Below, piece after piece: positions 1 to 9,278 of a stretch of DNA of 64,000 bases. The stretch's first letter is position 1; every line of letters begins with the position of its first letter. The notes under the pieces are model-generated. The model made no database searches. It was not told where the DNA came from and saw nothing but the letters and a program-made list of their open reading frames with translations. The position numbers were made by a program, and so were the translations under genes. The DNA comes from Clostridia bacterium (GTDB lineage: Bacteria; Bacillota; Clostridia; Oscillospirales; CAG-272), in contig JAFTSU010000014.1 of assembly GCA_017467105.1 (NCBI GenBank), positions 14,359-78,358 of the forward strand. Direction: 5' to 3'.

Positions 1-1
1 T

Positions 2-661
2 TGCGTTGATGTTCACGATATTCCCGTTGTTGCAGTAGTTGATCCCGATATGATGGCAACTATGCCCAAGGGACTCACCGCGGCTACAGGTATGGACGCT
101 CTCACTCACGCGATAGAGGGATATATTACCGGCGGAGCATGGGCGCTCTCCGATATGTTCCATATCGAAGCTATACGCATTATCGCTAAGTCCCTGCGCG
201 GTGCAGTTGCCGGCACGGATGAGGGCAGAGAGGGAATGGCTCTCGGTCAATATATCGCAGGTATGGGCTTCTCGAACGTAGGACTTGGCATAGTTCACTC
301 TATGGCGCATCCTCTAGGCGCTCTCTACGATACTCCCCACGGAGTAGCAAACGCGATCATTCTTCCCACCGTTATGGAGTATAACGCTCCAGCTACCGGT
401 GATAAGTATAAGTATATCGCAGAGGCTATGGGCGTTGAAGGTACTGACAAGATGAGCGTAGATGAGTATCGCAAAGCGGCTATCAACGCGGTAAAGCAGC
501 TCTCTCTCGACGTAGGTATTCCCGCTGACCTTAAGGATATAGTTAAGGCTGAGGATATCCCCTTCCTTGCGCAGTCCGCATACGATGACGCTTGCCGTCC
601 GGGCAATCCCAGAGAAACAAGCGTTGAGGAGATTACCGCTCTCTATAAGAGCCTTATTTGA
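2..661 (+). CDS. fucO: Iron-containing alcohol dehydrogenase, lactaldehyde reductase type (5' truncated by window edge)
   Basis: Frame is open from position 2 (CVDVHDIPVVAVVDPDMM). Fe-ADH motifs GMDALTHAIE, GLGIVHSMAH, PHGVANA and C-terminal GNPR are present. Confidence 0.85.
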   Translation, partial: CVDVHDIPVVAVVDPDMMATMPKGLTAATGMDALTHAIEGYITGGAWALSDMFHIEAIRIIAKSLRGAVAGTDEGREGMALGQYIAGMGFSNVGLGIVHSMAHPLGALYDTPHGVANAIILPTVMEYNAPATGDKYKYIAEAMGVEGTDKMSVDEYRKAAINAVKQLSLDVGIPADLKDIVKAEDIPFLAQSAYDDACRPGNPRETSVEEITALYKSLI

Positions 662-701
662 TGATCGTCGTAGCTTTATAGCCGCGTCAACAAAATAATA
701 T

Positions 702-740
702 AAAAACCGCTTATGGCTTGTTAAGCCTTAAGCGGTTTTT
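702..740. terminator. Bidirectional intrinsic terminator between convergent fucO and rnc
   Basis: AAAAACCGCTTA...TAAGCGGTTTTT hairpin with A- and T-tracts on either side. Confidence 0.8.
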
Positions 741-825
741 GTTTATTAGAATAAAAGTAAAATAGATAATGATTGATCGATCTGTTTGGCTCTAATATAA
801 TAAAATGCAAATAATTATAGTCAGA

Positions 826-2082
826 TCACCTGTTTTTTACAGTCTTTGGCTTGCGTCTTATGGCCTTCGAGATTGGCTTCTTTTGCGTTTTTTCCGACGC
901 TTTGCTTTTTGAGTCAGTGCTTTTGATTTTTGAGTCAGTGCTTTTGCTTTTTGAGTCGGTGTTTTTGCTTTTTAAGTTGGAGCTTTTATTTTTTGAGTCA
1001 GTGCTTTTGCTGATAGCACCGGTCTGCGCCGTAGCCCTCGCACTCCTTTTCCCCTTTGCTCTTGCTTTTGTAGCTTGTTTCTCTTCGGATGGTTGTTCCG
1101 CTTTCAACAGCTCCAGCATTCTTGACGCTGCGATCTCTCTTGCATCCTGCTTCTGTGCGGCGATGCCCGTTGTGCTTAAGCCCTTGAAGCAGCATTCAAT
1201 TACGCACATTTTGGCTCCGCCCACTCCCGCGGGAGCTTCTCCGAGATCGTGATACTCGGGTGAGGGAAGCTTGCCCTTGGCAGCCATTGACTTAAGAGCA
1301 GAGAGGGCATCCTGTCGCTTTGCCTCTGCTTGCTCCCATTCGGCACGTAACGCCTTGAGCGCTACCTCTGCTGCGGCGGCGTCAGCCAGCTTCTGATTTT
1401 TACCGGATCCCGTTCCCCAAAGCTTATCGCCTATATAGCAGCCTCTCTCGTAGATCTTCTTGTGATCGGGTCCGCTCTCGCCAATGGTCTTATATATGGG
1501 TGGAGGCAGCCTTCTTTTCTTGTCCGCACACCACTCCTGCAGAGCGTTCTTGTAACTTTGTACAGGCGCTTCTCCGGATAAATATTCATCCACGTCCAGC
1601 ATACTGCTCACTACCTTTATAGCCGTGTGTATATCCATTCCGCAGTCAATGTATACCGCGCCTATTATACTCTCAAAAAGGTCCTCCATAACCGACGCTT
1701 CGTCGGCGATACCCAGCTTCTCATCACCCTCGCCCATCAGAAGAAGCTTGTGAAGTCCGAGAGTCGCCATGCTTTTTGACAGATTTCTCTTGTCACTTAG
1801 CTTTGAGCGGATATTTGACATATCACCCTCTGTCAGCTCCGTTCTGATACCGTGCTCGTATCTTTCGGTCCGCTTTTCCAGCAGCACGGATATGATAGCG
1901 GTGGATAGCACGCTGTCGCCGAAGAATTCAAGCACCTCGTTGGAGGAGTAGCTTGCTCTTCCTTTATAATTTTTTTCATTGCAGTAGCTTGTACGTGTGA
2001 ATGCCTGTCGCAAAAGGGACTTATCCCTAAAGGTATAGTGAATTTTCTTTTCTATTTCATTTATTTTAATGTCAAAGCTCAT
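826..2082 (-). CDS. rnc: Ribonuclease III with two dsRBDs and a Lys/Ser-rich C-terminal tail
   Basis: Signature NEVLEFFGDSVL and EDLFESIIGAVYID; dsRBD YKNALQEW...GPDHKK...GSGKNQKLADAAAA; a second degenerate dsRBD follows. Confidence 0.9.
   Translation of the reverse strand: MSFDIKINEIEKKIHYTFRDKSLLRQAFTRTSYCNEKNYKGRASYSSNEVLEFFGDSVLSTAIISVLLEKRTERYEHGIRTELTEGDMSNIRSKLSDKRNLSKSMATLGLHKLLLMGEGDEKLGIADEASVMEDLFESIIGAVYIDCGMDIHTAIKVVSSMLDVDEYLSGEAPVQSYKNALQEWCADKKRRLPPPIYKTIGESGPDHKKIYERGCYIGDKLWGTGSGKNQKLADAAAAEVALKALRAEWEQAEAKRQDALSALKSMAAKGKLPSPEYHDLGEAPAGVGGAKMCVIECCFKGLSTTGIAAQKQDAREIAASRMLELLKAEQPSEEKQATKARAKGKRSARATAQTGAISKSTDSKNKSSNLKSKNTDSKSKSTDSKIKSTDSKSKASEKTQKKPISKAIRRKPKTVKNR
901..1009. 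repeat. 21-bp tandem repeat (about 5 copies) in the rnc tail, encoding STDSKSK-like heptads
   Basis: Unit TTTGCTTTTTGAGTCAGTGCT starts at 901, 922, 943, 964 and 985 with few substitutions. Confidence 0.9.
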
Positions 2083-2290
2083 TTTTTTCTCCGCGTCGTG
2101 ATTATTACCTGTTCATTGTATCATTATTTTGCTCTTTTGTCAACACCGCTGTTTATTCATACGCAATACCATCGTACCGACTTTTGAGCGGGTTGACCGG
2201 ATACGGTTCGCTATTGACAAATTACAGATATAGTGATATCATATAATGTAGAGTAGAATAAGAAAATGGTAGATTTTATTGTGAGGTAAT

Positions 2291-3814
2291 ATGATCAAGG
2301 ATACGATCCGCAAACTTTCATCGCCTGATAACCTTCGTAAATTCTTTATGGGACCGATATATCCTATTCTTGTGGCGATCATCGTTACGGTTGGATATTT
2401 TTCGGGACTTGAGCTGTATTTTCATCTTTTTAATATGGCGCTGGCGATAACCGCAATGTGCTTTTGCGACTCATTGCGCCCCATTATGATACAGGTCTGG
2501 ACCTTTGTTTTCCAGATATCAAGAGAGCATACCCCCGCAACCAATAATAACACCGGTATCCCATCGGATTACTATTTTACAGAGTGGCGCGTGTGGGTGC
2601 TTATTCTCTCGTTTGTTGCGGTTGCTGTCGCTCTCGTGTATTTCTACGTCAGAAACAAGCTTATAACGGCAGAGAGACTTCGTAGCCTTCCTCACCTCAT
2701 CCCGTCGCTTCTGTTGGCTGTCGCATTCAGCATTGGCGGAGTACTCAGCGCAGATTGGGATGCGGGAAGCCTTGGCTTTGGACTTGTACAGTGCGTTATG
2801 TGGTTCGTAATCTTTTATCTGATGCTGATCGGATTTACAAACGAGAAGAGCGAGGAGCTGATAGATTATCTTATCTATATCGCATCGATCGTTGTAATTA
2901 TGCTGACGGTACAGCTGCTTGAGATATTCGTTACCACCGACGTCAGCGAAATGATAGATCCGGAGACGGGAGGCATACTCAGAGCAATAGTTAGTTACGG
3001 CTGGGGCAACACCAATACCGCCGCTCAGTCGCTCACCGTCACTATACCAATTATGTTTCTCGGCGTTATGCGCACAAAGAAGCGTGAGTACTATTTCGTT
3101 ATGGCAACGGTGGCTATGGTAGCGTCTTTGCTTAATATGTCCAGAACGGCAATGGTAGTGGGCGTGCCGATATATATCGTTCTTCTTATCGTCACGTTCA
3201 TTAAGAGCACCGATAAGCGCCGTTATCTTATTGAGATACTGGCTATAGTTGGCTGTATTGCCATAGGATTGCTTCTTATGCGTCAGCAGGTTGCTATGAT
3301 CATAGAAAACTACGTTATGCGTGGCACGGGCGACAGCGGAAGATATAAGATATGGGAGAATGCCTTGATAGCCTTCAGAGAGGATTGGCTGTTCGGTAAG
3401 GGCTTCTTTGGACTTGCAAAGTATTTCCCGGGCTGGTCGAATACAGAATTCATTCCTTATATGGCGCACAACACGCCCGTACATATGCTTGGCTGCTGCG
3501 GTATTTACGGATTTATAGCGTACATCGTTTATCGCGTATGCACGACAATTCCATTTATCAAGCGCTTCGATATGGTCAAGGGTATGCTCGGAACGGCGCT
3601 TCTTTCTGTATTTCTCGGCTCTCTCTTTGAAAATTTTGTGTTCTATATTATGCCTATGTTGTCATATTCCGTAATTTACGCCGCGGCATACAGATACATT
3701 GAGGAGAAGAGGGAGGAGAGCGAAAAAGCTCCGGAGGGTAACTCTCCTTATGAGCTTGCTGCACGCACTGACAGTGCAGCTGATACGGTGCCGCTAGCTC
3801 AAGGGCAGGAGTAA
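2291..3814 (+). CDS. O-antigen ligase / Wzy-like polytopic membrane protein
   Basis: Many hydrophobic segments; motifs GWGNTN, SRTA, SGRYKIW...FGKG and AHN...G.YG typical of the O-antigen ligase family. Confidence 0.8.
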   Translation: MIKDTIRKLSSPDNLRKFFMGPIYPILVAIIVTVGYFSGLELYFHLFNMALAITAMCFCDSLRPIMIQVWTFVFQISREHTPATNNNTGIPSDYYFTEWRVWVLILSFVAVAVALVYFYVRNKLITAERLRSLPHLIPSLLLAVAFSIGGVLSADWDAGSLGFGLVQCVMWFVIFYLMLIGFTNEKSEELIDYLIYIASIVVIMLTVQLLEIFVTTDVSEMIDPETGGILRAIVSYGWGNTNTAAQSLTVTIPIMFLGVMRTKKREYYFVMATVAMVASLLNMSRTAMVVGVPIYIVLLIVTFIKSTDKRRYLIEILAIVGCIAIGLLLMRQQVAMIIENYVMRGTGDSGRYKIWENALIAFREDWLFGKGFFGLAKYFPGWSNTEFIPYMAHNTPVHMLGCCGIYGFIAYIVYRVCTTIPFIKRFDMVKGMLGTALLSVFLGSLFENFVFYIMPMLSYSVIYAAAYRYIEEKREESEKAPEGNSPYELAARTDSAADTVPLAQGQE

Positions 3815-3920
3815 GAAATCCTGATTTAGAGGAACTATCATAAAGTTGTATTTAAAGTCCTATCCCGAATCCTTAATAAAGCCTCAAAGGGAGCATTCGG
3901 TTAAAAGTTGATACAATATA

Positions 3921-3951
3921 AAAGCGGACGGAAATCCCCGTCCGCTTTTTC
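3921..3951 (+). terminator. Intrinsic terminator
   Basis: AAAGCGGACGG-AAATCC-CCGTCCGCTTTTT. Confidence 0.75.
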
Positions 3952-4156
3952 AGTTCTACAAAAACCCTCTCAAGTAATGCTACACCTATGCTGTTTATAT
4001 ACGAAAAAGTTTCGTTATAGTATATGTTGACATGTATTGGAAATCGTGATATAATTAACTAAAATCCGCCTCGGTGTCGTTTTCCAAAAGCGAAATATTG
4101 CACACGGGTATGGGTTAAACTGAAAAATATGGTTTTTGATGATTTGGAGGAACGAA

Positions 4157-5449
4157 ATGCTTATCACAGACAAACGGTTGGGAGAAATAAAAAGGATCCA
4201 TGGCGTAAACTGTGCTCCGTATAACCAAAGAGGCGGCGATGATCAAAAGAAAATATTTGATCTGTTTAGCTATATAGGTGCGCCACACTCCAGATTGCAC
4301 GATTGCTGCGGCAAGTGGGGTGGAACTCATTTTGTGGACATACCAAACGTGTTTCCAAACTTTGACGCAGATGAAAACGACCCTGCAAGCTATGATTTTC
4401 ATTACACCGATGAGTACGTAAATGCAATAATATCCTGCGGTACTCAAATCATATACAGACTTGGCGTTACTATTGAGTGGGGTTCCAAGCAATATGTGGC
4501 GCATCCACCCAAGGATCCTCTCAAGTGGGCAAAAATCTGCGAGCACGTCATTATGCATTATAACGAGGGCTGGGCAAACGGATTTCATCACGGCATAGAG
4601 TATTGGGAGATTTGGAACGAGCCGGAAAACCCTCCAATGTGGACAGGCACTAAGGATGAGTTTTTCAATCTTTACCGTGTGGCGAGCAAATATCTGAAGT
4701 TTAAGTTCCCAAGCCTTAAAATCGGCGGATATGGAAGCTGTGGCTTTTATGCAGTATTTAAAAAGGATTTAAGTGATTTTTATAAATCCTTCGTTCCGTA
4801 TTTTAACGATTTTCTTGAGATGTGTAGGGGAGATAATTGTCCTCTTGATTTCTTCTCCTGGCATATCTATACCGATAAGCTTGACGAGATAGTGAAATCC
4901 GCGGAGTACGTAAGGGAGCGGCTGGATAAATACGGATTTGTTGATACGGAATCTCATCTTAACGAGTGGAATTACGGAGCAGAGGGCAATCAGTTTGAGG
5001 ATAAGGACACAATGGTTGGAGCGTCCTTTGTTGCGGCGGCGTTTGCTCTTATGCAAAAATCCGATATACACCTTGCGCAGTACTACGTAGCTTCCCAGCC
5101 AAGCGTATACAACGGTCTTTTATATATGCGTTCTGGCGGATTTACTCCCGTAACTCACGCGTTCAACGCCTTTAACCGCATATTTGAGGCAAAGAATAAT
5201 CTTTTGATCGAGTCAAATGGCTCTGAACCCTACGCAATAGCCGCCTTTGATGGAGAAAAAACCTACGTGCTTATCAGTAGCTACAGCAAGTTGTCAGACT
5301 CGTTTAAGCTGGAAATGCCCGGATACGAGATGAAGATCAGCGCTCTCTCCGACGCCGGATTCGGCGTAGTCCGTGAGGCGAATGATGAAATTTCATTGCC
5401 TAATTCAAAATACACAGTTTACTTTGTTGAGGCTGTGAAAAAATCTTAA
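4157..5449 (+). CDS. Glycoside hydrolase, GH39-like (clan GH-A), catalytic residues intact
   Basis: GGAGG RBS before ATG 4157; RLHD, acid/base WEIWNEP, FFSWHIY and nucleophile LNEWN motifs. Confidence 0.8.
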   Translation: MLITDKRLGEIKRIHGVNCAPYNQRGGDDQKKIFDLFSYIGAPHSRLHDCCGKWGGTHFVDIPNVFPNFDADENDPASYDFHYTDEYVNAIISCGTQIIYRLGVTIEWGSKQYVAHPPKDPLKWAKICEHVIMHYNEGWANGFHHGIEYWEIWNEPENPPMWTGTKDEFFNLYRVASKYLKFKFPSLKIGGYGSCGFYAVFKKDLSDFYKSFVPYFNDFLEMCRGDNCPLDFFSWHIYTDKLDEIVKSAEYVRERLDKYGFVDTESHLNEWNYGAEGNQFEDKDTMVGASFVAAAFALMQKSDIHLAQYYVASQPSVYNGLLYMRSGGFTPVTHAFNAFNRIFEAKNNLLIESNGSEPYAIAAFDGEKTYVLISSYSKLSDSFKLEMPGYEMKISALSDAGFGVVREANDEISLPNSKYTVYFVEAVKKS

Positions 5450-5477
5450 GTATAACATAATGTAAATAATGGTTAAC

Positions 5478-5540
5478 AAAAACCGTAGTTTAACTCGTGT
5501 AAGTATGAATTGGTACACAGGTTTTACTGCGGTTTTTATT
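5478..5540 (+). terminator. Long-stem terminator after the GH39 gene
   Basis: AAAACCGTAGT...ACTGCGGTTTTT with an inner GTGTA/TACAC stem. Confidence 0.6.
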
Positions 5541-6103
5541 TTAACTGATTAAAATTATCCTGCACACCAACGACAAGCGTTTAGTATTGTTGGCAAGTCT
5601 GTTCGTCTGTACCGATTGCACCGGAGTATTATAAAACGACAGTCAGGGGTTTTCACGCGAAGATCATAGCGTCAAGTATCAAAAGGGCATCAATATATCA
5701 CGCGTAGGACTATATACGTCGTATAGGGGATTTGTCGCGCGGATGGCCTAAGCTGTAGGCAACAAATTTGTAAAGCAGTAGGTTCGATATTGATCAGGGG
5801 CCCAATTATAATAAATGGGCTTAAGATTATTATTATAGAGAGGTGGAGAAGTCATATAATATATAGGTACTGACGGAGAATTCTCTCATATAAATATTTA
5901 TAATATTATAATAGGAAGGAAATAACTGAATATAGCATTTATTCCCACGGATTTCTTTATCGCGGACAACGTTTGCGTAAGAGTACGGGAATTTACTCCG
6001 CCAAGCAAGCTTCCCACAGGGAAGGGCAGAGCAATGGTTCGAACCCACGCGCCTCGCATTTCTCGGCGCTGTGTTCGATGCGAGTACGGAGCACTATAAA
6101 ATA

Positions 6104-6137
6104 AAAAAACAGACACCGTTTGAGGTGTCTGTTTTTT
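6104..6137 (-). terminator. Terminator downstream of the tRNA pair
   Basis: AAAAAACAGACACC-GTTTGA-GGTGTCTGTTTTTT. Confidence 0.8.
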
Positions 6138-6139
6138 CA

Positions 6140-6214
6140 TGGTGACCCGTACGGGAATCGAACCCATGTTACAGCCGTGAAAGGGCCGTGTCTTAACCGC
6201 TTGACCAACGGGCC
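6140..6214 (-). tRNA. tRNA-Glu (TTC)
   Basis: Reverse complement GGCCCGTTGGTCAAGCGGTTAAGACACGGCCC-TTTCAC-GGCTGTAACATGGGTTCGATTCCCGTACGGGTCACCA forms a cloverleaf with encoded CCA. Confidence 0.97.
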
Positions 6215-6219
6215 TTTTA

Positions 6220-6296
6220 TGGTAGCGGATGTCGGATTTGAACCAACGACCTGCCGGGTATGAACCGGACGCTCTAGCCAACTGAGCTAATCCGCC
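6220..6296 (-). tRNA. tRNA-Met (CAT), elongator type
   Basis: Reverse complement GGCGGATTAGCTCAGTTGGCTAGAGCGTCCGGT-TCATA-CCCGGCAGGTCGTTGGTTCAAATCCGACATCCGCTACCA; paired first base and no run of three G:C anticodon-stem pairs, so not the initiator. Confidence 0.93.
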
Positions 6297-6327
6297 ATAA
6301 AATTAAGCACTTTAGGCTCGCTTAGGT

Positions 6328-6356
6328 ATTATATCATAAGAAAAATAAAAAGTCAA
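6328..6356 (-). promoter_or_regulatory. Sigma-A promoter of the tRNA operon
   Basis: TTGACT-17 nt-TATAAT with extended TG on the minus strand. Confidence 0.8.
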
Positions 6357-6663
6357 TACTTTTTTAAAAGTTTTTCTGAAATTATGATGTGATTGTCATA
6401 TTAACCTTTTTTACCTTCAGGTACTTATGTCGATATAGAGGAGTCAGTCTACTGTATTTTTCTTGGAAAGATCAATATTATCAAACATTTTCGTTTGCAA
6501 TCATGAAAAAAGCTAACCTGCGCGATTATTTTAGCTCAAAAATATGAAAGAGGGGGGTGCTGTCGAGTTTTACACCCGTTTACCTGGGAAAATGTAAATA
6601 AAAAGCGCCATCGGCAGAAATACGCCTTTGACGCTTATGTAAACAACTGTTTACTAAAATGCC

Positions 6664-7284
6664 TTATCGTTTAATGAAATTAGTTCTCGCACCCGATTCC
6701 TTCTTGGGCATACCGTAGCTCTTCTTACCAAGCGCTATGCTCTTGACAAGAAATGCCATATTGTGCGCGAGATTGCGCATGGTCTGGAGTCCCTCCTCGT
6801 CAAGCAGGGCATCCTCTGCCACAGCACCGTGAACCTGGTTCCAATACGTAGAGGGCGCTACGGGCATACCGCTGATAGTGAAGTATTTGTTTATCACGTC
6901 AAATGAGGCTGTGCAACCGCCTCTTCTTGCGCAGACAACGGCCGCGCCAACTTTCATGGTCTTATCGAAGTGAGAGCTGTAGAAGAGCCTATCCATAAAT
7001 GAGATAAGCGATCCGTTGGGAGATGCGTAATAAACGGGTGAACCCACGATTATACCGTCCGCCTCCTCAAACCTTTCCGCTATCTGATTGACCTCGTCGT
7101 TTATCGCGCACTTGCCCGTCTTCTTGCAGCAGAGACATCCGGTGCAGCCTCTGATCCCAAGATTTCCGACCTGTATTATCTCCGCCTCTATGCCCTCTGC
7201 TCTCAGAGTGCTCATAGCCTCGTTCAAGGCAGTAAAGGTCGTGCCCGTCTTGTGCGGACTTCCGTTAATCAGTATTACCTTCAT
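6664..7284 (-). CDS. Flavodoxin-family / iron-sulfur flavoprotein (NADPH-dependent FMN reductase fold)
   Basis: GGAGG RBS then MKVILINGSPH; CTGCLCCKKTGKC cysteine cluster; GSPVYY and RRGG motifs. Confidence 0.88.
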   Translation of the reverse strand: MKVILINGSPHKTGTTFTALNEAMSTLRAEGIEAEIIQVGNLGIRGCTGCLCCKKTGKCAINDEVNQIAERFEEADGIIVGSPVYYASPNGSLISFMDRLFYSSHFDKTMKVGAAVVCARRGGCTASFDVINKYFTISGMPVAPSTYWNQVHGAVAEDALLDEEGLQTMRNLAHNMAFLVKSIALGKKSYGMPKKESGARTNFIKR

Positions 7285-7584
7285 ATTTCCTCCCGTTTCG
7301 GCTCGCAGCCGTATATTTCGGATTTTATGCACCTCGCAGCATTTTGTTACAAAACGGCTCGAAAAACGGTTTTAGTGGGGGGTGCTGTTGAGTTTTTCCC
7401 AAATTCGTACACCGTTTACAGCTGCAAATATATATTAACACAACCGCTCAAAATTTGCAACAGTAAAACGCAAATAAGGGGAAATTCCGCACCTCGCTCT
7501 TACCGGTTCTCACAAAAACCTGCGGGAAATAACCAAAAAAGCGAAAAAACGTCATTTTTTTGCCAAAAAAACTGTGTTTTCCTC

Positions 7585-7613
7585 TTGCAAGAGTAAAACT
7601 CTTATGTTATAAT
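7585..7613 (+). promoter_or_regulatory. Sigma-A promoter of the MutS-V/PanK operon, with a palindrome in the spacer
   Basis: TTGCAA-17 nt-TATAAT (extended TG); AAGAGT-AAA-ACTCTT inverted repeat at 7589-7603. Confidence 0.65.
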
Positions 7614-7652
7614 ATAATAAATAATTATAAATCTTTGAAAGGAGCCGGACTT

Positions 7653-9278
7653 ATGCAGGACAAATTTATCAGCTTGCTCTATCCTACGGCGGAGTCTTAC
7701 GACGCTCATCAGAGCGGTAAATGCCGTCCCAATATTTCCGAGAACGTTTGTGACGAGCTCGGACTTACGGAAATATTCGATCTCAAAAACGGCAGACTGT
7801 CCGACTTCTTTACGATGGACGGGGAAGTTATCCGCTACCGTCAGGCGACCATTGAGGATATGATGAGCATTCCCGAGATCAAGGGAACTCTCGCCAAGGT
7901 ACACCCGATACTCGACGATATAGTTGAGCTTCGCCGTCTGGACCGTGAGAATACCTCTGATGCCGATTCTTATCTTTACAGTATTACCGAGATAGAGCTT
8001 TACGTCTCCTGTCTGGATACTCTTGCCAAGGGGTTCGGCGCTGTCAGGGATCGGATAAAGAGTCCCGCGTTTTCAGCTCTGGCGGACTTCACCTCTGAGC
8101 TTGTAGGCTCGGAGTACTATGCGGAGCTTAATAAAAAGCTTGAGTCTCTTGCCGCACGTGTTCACGAGGTACGCAGCATTACCGTGGGAGTTAATCTTGA
8201 CAGACAGCTCCGTCCGGTGTCCGCGGGAGTTATCTCTATAAATTCCGAGCAGTTCAAATCAGGCAAGGTTCTCGACAAGATACTTCGCTTCTCCTTCAAA
8301 AACGATGCGTATACCTGCATTGCGGAGCTTTCTCCCTTCGGTAAGGGGCAGAGTGAAAATCGCAAGGAGGCATTGGTTGGCGCATTCAACACCGCAATCG
8401 AGGACGTCTTTCACTCATCGGTTCGCGGCTGGCGCAGCATAGTTGGAGAGTACGTAATAGATAACACGGACTTTCTCCTTAAGCTCCTTCCGGAGATCGA
8501 ATTCGTCTCCAAGGCAACGGAGCTTATTGCCAGACTGTCCTCAAAGCCCGGGTGTACGGTCACCGTTCCCACTCTCGCTCCGATCGGAGAAAAGCGCTTT
8601 ACGGCAGAGGAGCTTTACAATCCGAGAGTGGCGCTCGCTATCTCGGACGAGATAGTTACGAACGACATCTCCTTTGACGACCGTGCGGGTATATACGTTC
8701 TGACAGGACCTAACCGTGGTGGAAAATCAGTTATTACGGTAGCTATGGGCGCGGCTCAGGCTATGTGTCAGCTTGGACTTCCCGTAGCGGCAAAAAGCGC
8801 TGTTATCTCACCGGCTGATGCGGTGTTTACACATTTCCCCGAGGGCGCCGACGATACCATTGACAAGGGAAGGCTTGGCGAGGAATGCCAGCGGCTTAAA
8901 GAAATATTCGATGCGGTTAGCGAGGACAGCATGATCCTTCTTGACGAGTCTTTATCATCTACCGGAGCGTACGAGGCGTCCTACATCGCCTCCGAGATAC
9001 TTACCGGCTTTGCGGTGCTCAGGTGTCGCGGAATCTTCTCCACCCACCTTCACGAGCTTGCCGCGGGAGTAGCCGAGATCAACGAGCGCTCGGCGTCAGA
9101 GGGCGGTGTAATGATCGATACGCTGGTTGCGGGAATCGAGGAGGGCAAGAGGTCCTTCAAGATACATCGGCGCACACCGGACGGTAAATCCTACGCCCGA
9201 GATATTGCGAACAAATACGGGCTTTCCTTCGATACGCTTATATCCAAAGCGCGAGCAGAGAGAGGAGGAGGTCTATGA
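7653..9278 (+). CDS. MutS-related ATPase (domain V only; no mismatch-binding domain, no Smr)
   Basis: AAGGAG RBS; Walker A LTGPNRGGKS, GRLGEE, Walker B ILLDES.SST, STHLHEL and the HTH-proximal KSYARDIA. Confidence 0.85.
   Translation: MQDKFISLLYPTAESYDAHQSGKCRPNISENVCDELGLTEIFDLKNGRLSDFFTMDGEVIRYRQATIEDMMSIPEIKGTLAKVHPILDDIVELRRLDRENTSDADSYLYSITEIELYVSCLDTLAKGFGAVRDRIKSPAFSALADFTSELVGSEYYAELNKKLESLAARVHEVRSITVGVNLDRQLRPVSAGVISINSEQFKSGKVLDKILRFSFKNDAYTCIAELSPFGKGQSENRKEALVGAFNTAIEDVFHSSVRGWRSIVGEYVIDNTDFLLKLLPEIEFVSKATELIARLSSKPGCTVTVPTLAPIGEKRFTAEELYNPRVALAISDEIVTNDISFDDRAGIYVLTGPNRGGKSVITVAMGAAQAMCQLGLPVAAKSAVISPADAVFTHFPEGADDTIDKGRLGEECQRLKEIFDAVSEDSMILLDESLSSTGAYEASYIASEILTGFAVLRCRGIFSTHLHELAAGVAEINERSASEGGVMIDTLVAGIEEGKRSFKIHRRTPDGKSYARDIANKYGLSFDTLISKARAERGGGL

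Noticed and set aside
5898-6281. 127-aa ORF
   Set aside because: It runs through the two tRNA genes and their terminator.
7560-9278. Calling the MutS-like gene mutS or mutS2
   Set aside because: It is too short and has neither the N-terminal mismatch-binding domain nor a C-terminal Smr domain.
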